64,000 bases of DNA, from positions 1 to 64,000 of IMG/VR virus record IMGVR_UViG_3300050035_000086. The stretch is one strand, 5' to 3'. The notes under the pieces are model-generated. The model did no database searches, was not told the origin of the DNA, and saw only the letters and a list, made by a program, of their open reading frames with translations. This stretch comes from a virus. Both the position numbers and the translations under genes were made by a program. How positions within the stretch are numbered: the stretch's first letter is position 1; every line of letters starts with the position of its first letter. This document shows positions 55,902 through 64,000 of this stretch, one piece after another.

Positions 55902-56980
55902 TACTTCGTCTCCTTCTTCCCCGCCATCGGCATTACCAAAGTAGTCATATTTCCGGATTCCAGACGTATCGGCTTGTTCTTGTCTACTAGACCCAAAGTA
56001 GCCTCTTCCCCCGCTTTTGCCAAGAATGCGGACAGATACTTGGCCTTAACCCTCAGATTCGAGACAGTTACCGGCTGAAACAAGGGGTCCGGGTCGATCT
56101 GTTCGTAGGGCGCTTCGTCTGAGGCGGTTGATCCTACTCCAGTATTTCTATATTGTACCACACCTTCGGCGAATTGTAAATCTATTCCTCCTTGATCTAT
56201 AGATTCGTCAATTAAAGTCTCAACCGTACGGAGAGCAGCTACCCACTCCTCCGTCTTGAATCCGAACTTGAGCTTCGAAGGAATTGCCAGAAGCCCGTCA
56301 AAATTCGGGAACGTCTGGGTCGGTTTGGAAGCGAATACGCGGATTCCTCCCGACTGGGCGTACAGGTGCGTATTGGATTCCCCGAGGGAGATCGTACCGT
56401 CCATTATCTGGACTATTGCAGCCGCCGGGAGATTCAACGTCATCTTGAATTCGAACGGGACTGAGTTGCCCACGGTCGCCACGGTAAGCACGTTCGCGTC
56501 TGTCCCCACAATTCGATAGCCGGATGGAGATTCTTCCTCGATACCCAAAGGCAGGCTCTGGAGCAGGACAACACCGCCGAACGCCGAAGCCTTATTAGGA
56601 GACGCCGAAGCAACAGCAATAGACAGGGCCTTCTTGAGATCGACAGAAGCCAGTTCCAGGACCTTGGTAGGAGGCTCGGGAATCTTGAGAGGCTTGATAT
56701 CCTGGATTTCCAATTCGATCTTCGCGCGCGCCGACTTCAGAGACAGGAGCTTCTCTTCCTTGGCGATCTCGACTTGTCCGGACATTCGACCTACGACCTG
56801 AGAAAGCTTCTTTCCGTTGACCGAGAAAGTTCCCCCTAGTCCGGATAATGGACTTTCTGAGACAACCCAAATGTCACTATCCTGGGCGCTTATGCCGTGC
56901 TCTCCGATTTGGTAGAACTCGGTACGAACCGGCGAGAACACCCTAAGACTTTTCTTTAGCTCTGTGGCGACTATGTTCAC
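55901..56980 (-). CDS. dnaN: DNA polymerase III beta sliding clamp-like protein
   Basis: 359 aa; VGTDANVL, FPNFD, KAKYLSAFL, KPIRL...LVMPM. Confidence 0.75.
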   Translation of the reverse strand: MNIVATELKKSLRVFSPVRTEFYQIGEHGISAQDSDIWVVSESPLSGLGGTFSVNGKKLSQVVGRMSGQVEIAKEEKLLSLKSARAKIELEIQDIKPLKIPEPPTKVLELASVDLKKALSIAVASASPNKASAFGGVVLLQSLPLGIEEESPSGYRIVGTDANVLTVATVGNSVPFEFKMTLNLPAAAIVQIMDGTISLGESNTHLYAQSGGIRVFASKPTQTFPNFDGLLAIPSKLKFGFKTEEWVAALRTVETLIDESIDQGGIDLQFAEGVVQYRNTGVGSTASDEAPYEQIDPDPLFQPVTVSNLRVKAKYLSAFLAKAGEEATLGLVDKNKPIRLESGNMTTLVMPMAGKKETK

Positions 56981-57279
56981 TGATTATCCCTTTCATATCT
57001 TGCTTCTTCTAGCCACCCTTCAACCGGCATAGAGAATCGAGTGAGTCGGTCCCTAGATTCGTTGCATAATTCTAAGGCTCGAAATAGAAGATCTCTATCT
57101 GGACTGCCGAGAGATTCTTCTCTGTAGATCATTTTCTGAATCTCAGACAACGGCTTTCCAAATAGGGTGTTCCCAGGGTCGGACATAATCTCTTCTATAA
57201 GTCTTTCGCGTGATCGAAAGCTACCCAGCGATGCGTTGCCCACATTTTCTCGATCTCCTAAATCCTCATTCAAACCCAT
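56977..57279 (-). CDS. Hypothetical protein
   Basis: RBS GAGGAGG. Confidence 0.5.
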   Translation of the reverse strand: MGLNEDLGDRENVGNASLGSFRSRERLIEEIMSDPGNTLFGKPLSEIQKMIYREESLGSPDRDLLFRALELCNESRDRLTRFSMPVEGWLEEARYERDNQ

Positions 57280-58453
57280 TTGGGTCCTCCTCTTCGTGGT
57301 TTGTATCCAACACTTTGGATTGTAACATACTGTCCATCCAATCCGCAATCTTTAAATGCTCCTCGGCGGTGCCGTCGTTTTTGAGCAGGTTTGCGCGATA
57401 CGAAATAACAACAACGTTACCTTTAAAATATCCCAGAGAAGAATCAATTCTGTCGAGAGTCGGCGAATAACTTTCTAGTCGCCCAACCCCTCTCCGCAAA
57501 ATCCAACCGAAAACGGGACATATTCTCGGTATTTGTATATCTTCTTTGGTAAGTTCAAACAACAAATCTCGATCTTTGGCTCTTCTCTTCGCGTTATGGT
57601 ACATACTGACTACAATTTGCTTAACTTCCTTACTAAGCGACAAAAACTCCCCCGAAGGGTGCCCGGAAGACATCCATTCTGAAATTCTTCTGTGTTCCTC
57701 CGCAGTTCCACTATTTTTGATTCGATTAGCTCTATTCGAAATTACAAATATGTTGTCAGGAACGTATCCCATGTTAGGAATAAAGCGATCCAAAGAAGGA
57801 GAATTATCCCCAGAAACCCCCCGCGCGCGGCGAATAGGTATCCCAAGAACTGGACACGTAGCCGGAACTGATATATCATCCTCCGTGATTGAAAAAGGAA
57901 TAAAGAATTTTTCGGCTCTTGTTTTTGCACCATCTACCAACCCCTTCTCTAGGTGCGTGTCTTCGTACACGTCCTGATAAAGTTTCATGTACCTTTTGTG
58001 TTCAGGGGTTTGTTGCCTCTCTCTGTTTCTCTGTTTTGTGGACTCTTTTTGCCTATAATCGCGCTGAGCTTTCTTACTCTGGGGTGTATTTCTGTACGCC
58101 CCTTGATACTCCCGCATGTACTCGATACGGTTTTGAGTCTCTCGGTATTTCTTTTGGCATGTCTTGCAGCTACTGCATTTTCCATCTTCTTTGGTTGTAT
58201 CTCGGCTAAAATTCATTAGCTCTTGGGACTCTCCGCAGGTTCCGCATACTTTAAACAGAGCCTGCCCAAGAGGCGCGGCAAGCAATAGGTTATTTTTCTT
58301 CCTGTTTCTTTCGGCGCGCTCTGCGTCAGATTCTTTTTGGCACTCCTTACATCTTGCTTGCAGTCCATCTTTAGCTTTTCTGTTTTTAGAAAAGCATTCT
58401 ACTTTCTTGGATTTTCCGCAAGTACAACATGATTTTTCTGCTTTTTGGATCAT
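57266..58453 (-). CDS. HNH homing endonuclease with two tandem nuclease domains
   Basis: Two CxxC...CxxC units plus two CPV(L/F)G...SP(S/T)LDR...GY...NxxVISxRANxxKN domains. Confidence 0.8.
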   Translation of the reverse strand: MIQKAEKSCCTCGKSKKVECFSKNRKAKDGLQARCKECQKESDAERAERNRKKNNLLLAAPLGQALFKVCGTCGESQELMNFSRDTTKEDGKCSSCKTCQKKYRETQNRIEYMREYQGAYRNTPQSKKAQRDYRQKESTKQRNRERQQTPEHKRYMKLYQDVYEDTHLEKGLVDGAKTRAEKFFIPFSITEDDISVPATCPVLGIPIRRARGVSGDNSPSLDRFIPNMGYVPDNIFVISNRANRIKNSGTAEEHRRISEWMSSGHPSGEFLSLSKEVKQIVVSMYHNAKRRAKDRDLLFELTKEDIQIPRICPVFGWILRRGVGRLESYSPTLDRIDSSLGYFKGNVVVISYRANLLKNDGTAEEHLKIADWMDSMLQSKVLDTNHEEEDPNGFE

Positions 58454-60330
58454 TGTTCCTCTTCGTACCGGTCCGAAATTTGCTCGAAGCTGGCGAACTC
58501 ACCAAACGATGTCAGATAGCAAGCCGAGTTTCCGGTTCCCATCGAGCGACCCTTCAGGAGCTTCACTAACGTTTTATCCTCGTACACTCCCTTAGTCATC
58601 GTGGGGTCGTCTGCTTTGTTTAGTTCTCGGTGAATCGTAACCACTGAGTTTGAGGCGTCCGCCCAAGCTCCGGAACCTTTTGCATCTGTCAGATGAATCT
58701 GCTTGCCCTTTGTCTGCTGCGTTGCCTTCCGGGGCTGACCCACGTTAAAGAACACAACCTTGTAGGTCTCAGCTATCTGCTTGATCCGGGTCATTGCCGC
58801 TGTCTGCACCTGCGTCTCGTTGTTCATTCCCGTGGTCAGGTGGTGGAAGTGATCCAACACGACCCCATATGGCGACAAACGTTTAATAGCAGCCTCAAGT
58901 AGATCAAGGACCGCGTTGATGTCATTCAAAACTGGATCAAACCCCACGTAATATTCCACGCCTTCCAACTCATTCGCGGCCTGTTTCTTATCAAAGCCGG
59001 TCAGAAAATTTCTATCTTTCCTGAGAACCTGCGCTGTCACCATTGTAGCAATCTCAGCAGGACGCATTTCGGCTTGGAAGTTTACAAACGACCGACCGTA
59101 CTTCCTGGCATTATACAAAGTCCATTGTAACACAAAAGTGCTCTTGCCCATACCACTATTCGTGGCATTGATTCCGACCACGTCCCCAGGCATGATGTTC
59201 ACCATTGTGTCTACGTCGTGCCACGGAGCGCGCATTCTATCTGGGTGATCAGAGAGAACCGCGTCATCTCCGGACCGCATAGTTTCCTGCAAGGAATATA
59301 CAGAGGGCATAGGCTGTGACTTAGCCTTGCTTGTCAACTCGTCTACAAGATTCTTGAATTTTGAAAGGTCTCGTCCGCAGGCTTCGAGGAACGTCTGGTT
59401 GCCGTCCTTCATTCCTTCTGGCCAAGTTAGTAGATAGGTCTTCTCCCCCAACTCCTTCCATAATTTTTCCATGTACCCGGAGCCGGTTGCGTCCGTATCC
59501 CCAGCCAAGACCACGTAGGACGCCTTCATCAACTGGTCCTTCATACCGGGTGTTAGCTTTGTTCCCGCAGAAGGAACGGATACCGAACACAATCCTATTT
59601 GAGCGAGAGCTGCGCAATCGAACTCACCCTCAACTACGTAGACAGGTTCAAAACAGTCAATGGCTTCCGTATTAAACAAAGCCGTAGACATCCCCGGCTG
59701 ACGGCTGAACCCTCCTGGTTTTTTCCTGACGATTGATCTGTACTTGACACCAATAACCTTATCCCCTTCGATTGAAGGAAAGGCAATCCATCCCTTGTCT
59801 GCTAGGTCTGCTCCTTCGTTTCCAGACAAAGACCCAATATTTTGTGCAAAGCCAAGTCTTAGCTGCTGGGCCGTTGCAAGTGTTATTCCGCGTTCCTCCC
59901 GGAGAAACGTACACGCGGCTTCTGAGTTTGCCAAAGCCTTCTCTAGTGCGCCCCACCTACTCAGGTCGATGGTTTTATAAACCTTAGACTCAGCTACTGG
60001 GCGAAAAGTAGATTCCACCTTGGTCTTAGCTTCCTCCCAAGATGAGGTCTGTCCAATTTCTTTCTTGACTTTTTCCAAAGCCGTCGCGAAGTCGCAGTTA
60101 TCTACTTCCTGTAAAAACTGGAATATGTTGCCTGTTTTTCCGCACCCGAAACATTGGAATCTCTGGTCATCAAAAACGTTGAAACTGGCGGTCTTCTCAG
60201 TGTGCCCAGGTAGCGGGCATAGTCCCGCGTAGGATTTACCGCTATTCCTCTTCAGATGAGTATATTTCCCGTAGATTTTAAGAACCGCCGGGTTTTCTTT
60301 GATTTCGTCCAGATTATCCACTATGTCCAA
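58450..60330 (-). CDS. Primase-helicase (CHC2 Zn finger + TOPRIM + DnaB-like helicase)
   Basis: CPLPGH...CFGC; VVEGEFD; DTDATG; KDGN; ATNSGMGKST; VLDH. Confidence 0.9.
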   Translation of the reverse strand: MDIVDNLDEIKENPAVLKIYGKYTHLKRNSGKSYAGLCPLPGHTEKTASFNVFDDQRFQCFGCGKTGNIFQFLQEVDNCDFATALEKVKKEIGQTSSWEEAKTKVESTFRPVAESKVYKTIDLSRWGALEKALANSEAACTFLREERGITLATAQQLRLGFAQNIGSLSGNEGADLADKGWIAFPSIEGDKVIGVKYRSIVRKKPGGFSRQPGMSTALFNTEAIDCFEPVYVVEGEFDCAALAQIGLCSVSVPSAGTKLTPGMKDQLMKASYVVLAGDTDATGSGYMEKLWKELGEKTYLLTWPEGMKDGNQTFLEACGRDLSKFKNLVDELTSKAKSQPMPSVYSLQETMRSGDDAVLSDHPDRMRAPWHDVDTMVNIMPGDVVGINATNSGMGKSTFVLQWTLYNARKYGRSFVNFQAEMRPAEIATMVTAQVLRKDRNFLTGFDKKQAANELEGVEYYVGFDPVLNDINAVLDLLEAAIKRLSPYGVVLDHFHHLTTGMNNETQVQTAAMTRIKQIAETYKVVFFNVGQPRKATQQTKGKQIHLTDAKGSGAWADASNSVVTIHRELNKADDPTMTKGVYEDKTLVKLLKGRSMGTGNSACYLTSFGEFASFEQISDRYEEEQ

Positions 60331-60551
60331 TCCCCTTGTATATCCCTACTCCGAAGTTGCCTCCGGAATTCGACCCAGTCTTCGTCTTCGTCGAGCTGGA
60401 CAGTAATTATCTCAGACGCTTTGTCTATAGCAGTTGGGGCGCTGAAAGTAATTCCGAAGAATTCACCCCGGCGCTCTAGGTACTCTCCTGCGAACAAGAT
60501 GAGATCGGGTAGGGGCTCGTTATTTCTCAAGCTGAATTCACTGATTAGCAT
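60321..60551 (-). CDS. Hypothetical protein
   Basis: RBS AGGAG. Confidence 0.5.
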   Translation of the reverse strand: MLISEFSLRNNEPLPDLILFAGEYLERRGEFFGITFSAPTAIDKASEIITVQLDEDEDWVEFRRQLRSRDIQGDWT

Positions 60552-60693
60552 GTCATCTCCTACACTTCCAGTTTGTATCCGTTGTTTTCGGCCCACGTTT
60601 CAAGCTGCTCTGCCGAGAACACATCGTCTGGCTCTAGGTTGTTTTGAATCCAAGACACAGAGTCATCGTTCAGCGCACTACTAAAATCAGGTC

Positions 60694-61272
60694 TCATACT
60701 TCCTCCTCTTTCCTCGGACTAACCAGAATCGCGGTTGAGTAGTCAGGCTCCCAAAGTTGAATCGACTCGTTCGCTTTATTGAACTCCGTCAATGCCGCTT
60801 CGAGTTCTTCGAGACCGTTTAGGTCTGACGTACCGGCATCTTCCCACATGTTGTCCAAAAGATTGCAAGTTACATCTTCCAAATCAACCGTAGGCAAACC
60901 GTGAGTTTTGCAGGCCCAGACATATTCAGGCTCCTGCCCCTCTTCGTACCGGTCGATGGCCTCATCTACAGACTCATAAAATTCATCGCCATCAAGAACG
61001 TGATCTCCGGTATATTCTGCCTCCGTGATCTTGGTGGCCTTCTCAAATCGGTCCCACTCTTTCTTGCTTTCCTTCAGGACCCACTCTTTGTGTTCGCATT
61101 CCTCGCAGACTTTGTAGGAGCCATAACGCTTGATTGTCTTTCCGCAAGCGCACAGACGCTCTCCGTGGCAGAAGTCCGCCTCTTCCTTCGTTCGGGCGAC
61201 TACTTTACACTCCGAACAGTAGAAGATTCCCGCAGTAGTTCCGTCTGCTTTAAAAAGCTCGATTGCTGACAT
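60694..61272 (-). CDS. Hypothetical Cys-rich/acidic protein
   Basis: RBS GAGGAGG; motif copy 61284 directly upstream. Confidence 0.6.
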   Translation of the reverse strand: MSAIELFKADGTTAGIFYCSECKVVARTKEEADFCHGERLCACGKTIKRYGSYKVCEECEHKEWVLKESKKEWDRFEKATKITEAEYTGDHVLDGDEFYESVDEAIDRYEEGQEPEYVWACKTHGLPTVDLEDVTCNLLDNMWEDAGTSDLNGLEELEAALTEFNKANESIQLWEPDYSTAILVSPRKEEEV

Positions 61273-61307
61273 TATTCCTCCTCGTCCATTATCTGGACAC
61301 AAAACAA

Positions 61308-62486
61308 TTATATCACAGCTTTGTCAGTTTCGGACAACAAATCTGCGAGAGGATCGAAGATATTTTCGTCTGCCTGCTTCATCTTCTCTCGCGCTTGCCG
61401 GTCAATCTCGGCTTCTTCTTGGAGTCGTAGGGCGGTCGCGTCTCTCAGGGTCTTGGCTTTTTCGGCTTCCTGCTTCTGCTTCCGAGCGGAGTACGCGAGG
61501 TTGTCCACTATCTGGACAAACTTTCCAGGGGCGTACGACAGGTTTTTGGTATCATTCAGGTCCTGCGTTTCGACCCAGGTTTTGAACGCCGACTTGATTT
61601 CCTCGGCGGTGAACTCTTTCAGCACTTCTGCTAACCGCGCCCGTTGCTTGTCTAAGAAGCATACAAGGCCCCCAGACGCGTAGGAAAGCTCCCGGACTAG
61701 GGAAACTACCTCTGGGTCTTTGGCGGAGGCTTGTAGAGGCGAATCTGACCTCAAACGATCCTCAGCGCTCTTCAGGTATGAGGAAATGGCACCATACGGA
61801 AAGTCGTCTCCTTGATTTTCCTGAATCCACTCTTCAAAGTCACGGGCAACTGCGCCGGTCCCGTGGGCGATACCGAGAGCCTTAACGTCGTCCCAGGTTC
61901 CTTTGTGGCCACCTGCCTTGGCTCCGTACTGCGCTGCAATTTTGGTAAGTTCGTCTTTCAGCTTCATAGTTTCTCCTTGTCCGTTATCTGGATTTTCAAA
62001 ATCTTCTTCAGAGAAAATTTCAGCATCTTGCTCTGAAATGCTCTGCTCTGTATCTGCTCTGCTCTGCTCTGCTATATGGCAAATTGTGGCAAGCTCTGGC
62101 AATTGCTTAGCATTTGCTTGTCGTTCCTTTGTTTTCTTCATTTTAGCCAAAGCTCCTGCTTTTCCTGCTCTGGCCCTCTCGGCTCGTACCGCATCGTCGT
62201 CTGTTCTCTGCTTCTCCAGCTTAGAGTTGACTAGAGAACCATCTTCTTGCTCTTCAAAGAAGACCTTGAGGGACGGCCAGCATTCAGACATAACTTCTAC
62301 TGGGCACCCACAGATGTCTGCAAGCTCCTCTATTTTTGAAGGGATCGACCCTTCACACCACTGCTCATCCAGAAGATCGCGGTAGAGACCTCGGGCTACA
62401 TAGTCCAAACGCTGAACCTTTCGGTTGGCGCGCCAGTCTCTCCACAGCCATTTGAAATAGGGCAGGGGCTCCGTATTTTTTCCCAC
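61308..62486 (-). CDS. Replication initiator protein (DUF1376/YdaU-like N-terminus)
   Basis: LPYFKWLWRDW...ARGLYRDLLDEQWCEGSIP...ELADICG...RARAGKAGA. Confidence 0.75.
   Translation of the reverse strand: MGKNTEPLPYFKWLWRDWRANRKVQRLDYVARGLYRDLLDEQWCEGSIPSKIEELADICGCPVEVMSECWPSLKVFFEEQEDGSLVNSKLEKQRTDDDAVRAERARAGKAGALAKMKKTKERQANAKQLPELATICHIAEQSRADTEQSISEQDAEIFSEEDFENPDNGQGETMKLKDELTKIAAQYGAKAGGHKGTWDDVKALGIAHGTGAVARDFEEWIQENQGDDFPYGAISSYLKSAEDRLRSDSPLQASAKDPEVVSLVRELSYASGGLVCFLDKQRARLAEVLKEFTAEEIKSAFKTWVETQDLNDTKNLSYAPGKFVQIVDNLAYSARKQKQEAEKAKTLRDATALRLQEEAEIDRQAREKMKQADENIFDPLADLLSETDKAVI
62029..62120. repeat. Short tandem repeats inside initiator gene (candidate iteron/origin region)
   Basis: (TGCTC)n run 62029-62073 and GGCAA x3 at 62078-62102. 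Confidence 0.45.
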
Positions 62487-62574
62487 AGATCGTCCCTCCC
62501 ATCGTAAAACGTTATTTCCAGTCGTAAAACAGTATTATACTACCTGTTTCATGGGAATCCATTATCCGGACAGC

Positions 62575-63102
62575 TTAAAATTCAAGCAGAGACCCGTAGG
62601 GAACGTACAAAGGGTGCCAAGGTCTTCCCTCGTTCGTCTTTTTCAGGCACCACAGTTTCCGATTTAGCAAAGCCGTAGTTTCTCGGACTCGGCGAATTAG
62701 GAACGTCTCGTTCTTGAAAGTTGATCCCCAGGCGGCTACTACGGTCTCCTCTGGTGGAATCTCTCGAACGTAGGAGTCATTCAGAGGGCCAACCACGTCC
62801 AGGCAGTCCCCATAATAGGCTTTTTGCAAATCCTTTGGGTTGGTTGCTCGGAATGCGAACAGGTTGATAACCCGAATAGCATTGTATCCGTTGAGTTTAG
62901 CAAATCCGACACACTTTCTAATGGTCGGATCATCTTTGTCTGCATCGGCTGTGCTTGGGTTCAACATTACGAAATTCAGCACCTGTCGTGGATCAAACAC
63001 GTCGTCCGGCCACTCTCGGTAAAGGGTATATCGGTACCTTCCGTCTTCGCTTATTACAGCTTCCTTGTATGTTTCCATTATCTGGACCTTTTTGCCGGAC
63101 AT
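62575..63102 (-). CDS. DUF1643 family protein
   Basis: YRYTLYREW, FVMLNPSTAD, DDPTIRKC, NLFAFRATNP, VAAWG, PWHPLY. Confidence 0.85.
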   Translation of the reverse strand: MSGKKVQIMETYKEAVISEDGRYRYTLYREWPDDVFDPRQVLNFVMLNPSTADADKDDPTIRKCVGFAKLNGYNAIRVINLFAFRATNPKDLQKAYYGDCLDVVGPLNDSYVREIPPEETVVAAWGSTFKNETFLIRRVRETTALLNRKLWCLKKTNEGRPWHPLYVPYGSLLEF

Positions 63103-63321
63103 TTAACCGGACACTTCCTCTTCGTCCGGAGCAAGATACTTCAAGTCTAGCGGGTGTACGGGGACATCGAACTTCTGGCCATCGAAGCGGACATGGACGT
63201 ACATATCGTAGGACCGTTTTCGCACTACCGTCCCGAACTCAGGTCTATGGCCTTCCATAGAAACCCTCTGTCCAATTTCAACGGGAACTCCATAATACTG
63301 TTTTACATATTCGTAGGCCAT
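63103..63321 (-). CDS. Hypothetical protein
   Basis: YVKQYYGVP...VHP pattern; contiguous operon. Confidence 0.6.
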   Translation of the reverse strand: MAYEYVKQYYGVPVEIGQRVSMEGHRPEFGTVVRKRSYDMYVHVRFDGQKFDVPVHPLDLKYLAPDEEEVSG

Positions 63322-63590
63322 TATCGGTCCAACTTTCCACCCAGAATTTTAGGCTCTTCGGTTTGATCAAGTAGTAGTCCGTAGTGGCTGATGCACGGCT
63401 CAGGTAGGTCCTCTTCGAACTCGCACAAATCTTCTATGTCGTCAAAGGAATCCGCGCCCCAACGAACGTAGTCCAACCCTCCATCTGTGAACGTTCCACA
63501 GGGGCAAGACACAAAGTCGTGTCGGTGCCTCGACTCCAGAATTGTATTACACTTTTTGCAGCGTATTCGGTTACGTACGATACGTGACAT
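63321..63590 (-). CDS. Small Zn-binding protein
   Basis: NRIRCKKCNTILESRHRHDFVSCPCG...DGGLDY. Confidence 0.7.
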   Translation of the reverse strand: MSRIVRNRIRCKKCNTILESRHRHDFVSCPCGTFTDGGLDYVRWGADSFDDIEDLCEFEEDLPEPCISHYGLLLDQTEEPKILGGKLDR

Positions 63591-63738
63591 TACTCCTCCT
63601 CATCTTCAAAATCTAACCACTCGGCTTCGGCTTCTTTGTAGAAGCTAAACTCCTGATCATAAGCCACGTCGAGAGCGGTTCCTTCGTCAGCGGCTTCTAC
63701 TTCCGTGTCCCACTGGACGCTTACTCTCCACTTTGACA

Positions 63739-63957
63739 TTATTCTTCCTCACGTTCCGCAGTCATGAAAAGCCTGCTAAATATTTTTCCTCCGGGTTCGT
63801 CAATATATTGGGACAGCTCATCGGAAGCGGCATACAGCGCTTGACGGAAGATTCGAGCGTTCTTCTTTTCTTCTCGTGCCTCTTTTCGGAGTCCTGAAAC
63901 TATGAAGGAGTGCATATCATAGTCAATCTGATCCTTCTTTTGTTTGAACCAAAACAT
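63739..63957 (-). CDS. Hypothetical protein
   Basis: RBS GGAGG. Confidence 0.55.
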   Translation of the reverse strand: MFWFKQKKDQIDYDMHSFIVSGLRKEAREEKKNARIFRQALYAASDELSQYIDEPGGKIFSRLFMTAEREEE

Positions 63958-64000
63958 TATTCTTCCTCCATTCTAGTTACAGTGCTGGTTCCTACGTATC

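Larger units (their letters stand above)
1369..63087. repeat. Dispersed 15-bp quasi-palindrome GTCCAGATAATGGAC / GTCCATTATCTGGAC (span = first to last copy)
   Basis: Exact copies at 1369, 2751, 4357, 7545, 8297, 13297, 16390, 26649, 40403, 41690, 46276, 49200, 51850, 53232, 55452, 56399, 61284; 1 mismatch at 8957, 15475, 18917, 19821, 20129, 30446, 37326, 45312, 50869, 56839, 61503, 63073; 2 mismatches at 23051, 23544, 36920, 47236, 54638, 61979, 62557. Confidence 0.97.

Noticed and set aside
57092-57106. Further weak motif-like matches (e.g. 57092, 21652, 11014, 2702)
   Set aside because: Four or more mismatches or half-sites only; could be chance.
1369-63087. 15-bp repeat as a CRISPR array or insertion-sequence ends
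   Set aside because: Copies are hundreds to thousands of bp apart with genes between them; no regular spacers, cas genes, transposase or target-site duplications.
1-64000. Host assignment
   Set aside because: Leader peptides and gene style are suggestive at best; nothing in the window fixes the host taxon.

Overview
A 64-kb segment of a tailed (most likely podovirus-type) bacteriophage genome in two convergent arms. The + arm (1-46.2 kb) has a 14-gene tRNA array, then lysis-like membrane genes, large terminase, a signal-peptide-bearing tailspike, portal, scaffold, major capsid protein, accessory genes (HNH, GGQ release-factor domain, KTSC, His-phosphatase, cupin), tail/adaptor genes and large ejection-type proteins; a Mom-like gene and a truncated recombinase sit on the - strand within this arm. 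The - arm (46.3-64 kb) has nucleotide-metabolism, sigma factor, sliding clamp, primase-helicase and replication-initiator genes. Main observations not visible in the ORF track: (1) the major capsid gene (17674-20316, 327 aa after splicing) is split by four group I introns, each with a P1 U-G 5' splice site and terminal G; the first carries a double-LAGLIDADG ORF that threads through the ribozyme core and has an E->K change in its second motif. (2) A 15-bp quasi-palindrome GTCCA-GATAA-TGGAC is dispersed over the window (by eye 17 exact copies and 19 more with 1-2 mismatches), in both orientations, in intergenic DNA, over promoters, inside genes in every reading frame and as hairpins in three introns, which points to a genome-wide protein-binding-site system. 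(3) There are non-canonical tRNAs (two D-armless Arg tRNAs, a long-variable-arm UAU tRNA, four with C33) and several candidate ncRNAs, including tandem hairpins presenting anti-Shine-Dalgarno loops. All counts, pairings and family assignments were made by eye, without tools.
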